A DNA stretch of 64,000 bases, taken from assembly GCF_023055435.1 (NCBI RefSeq), contig NW_025964361.1, forward strand, positions 38,378,001-38,442,000, read 5' to 3'. The position numbers and the translations under genes are program-made. Shown piece after piece: positions 63,991 to 64,000 of this stretch. Numbering within the stretch: the stretch's first letter is position 1; every line of letters starts with the position of its first letter. A model generated the notes under the pieces. That model searched no databases. It worked only from the letters and a program-made list of their open reading frames with translations, and was not told the origin of the DNA. This stretch comes from Haliotis rufescens. Lineage: Eukaryota.

Positions 63991-64000
63991 CCTGTTCGTG

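Overview
AT-rich, intron-rich animal genomic DNA. The SINE repertoire looks molluscan, probably abalone (Haliotis), from recognition rather than a search. Four spliced protein-coding genes were assembled by hand with consistent intron phases: FBXO8 (-, 5 coding exons, 284 aa), SMIM20/phoenixin precursor (-, 3 exons, 70 aa), a Ptc2/Ptc3/T23F11.1-type PP2C phosphatase (+, 9 coding exons, 320 aa, with one U12-type intron and one GC-AG intron) and GHDC (-, 6 coding exons, 634 aa). The most unusual feature is a ~4 kb minisatellite in a GHDC intron, built from the last 33 nt of the preceding exon plus its own 5' splice site, giving roughly 55 tandem CAG|GTGAGT donors. Also present: a 50-bp satellite with higher-order structure, three tRNA-derived SINE families, a tRNA-less retroposon family whose 5' end can fold into a multi-stem kissing-loop RNA, MITEs, a captured Gypsy 3' fragment, a decayed Penelope-type hammerhead and hints of a divergent + strand gene at the right end. 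Most ORFs in the supplied track are spurious.
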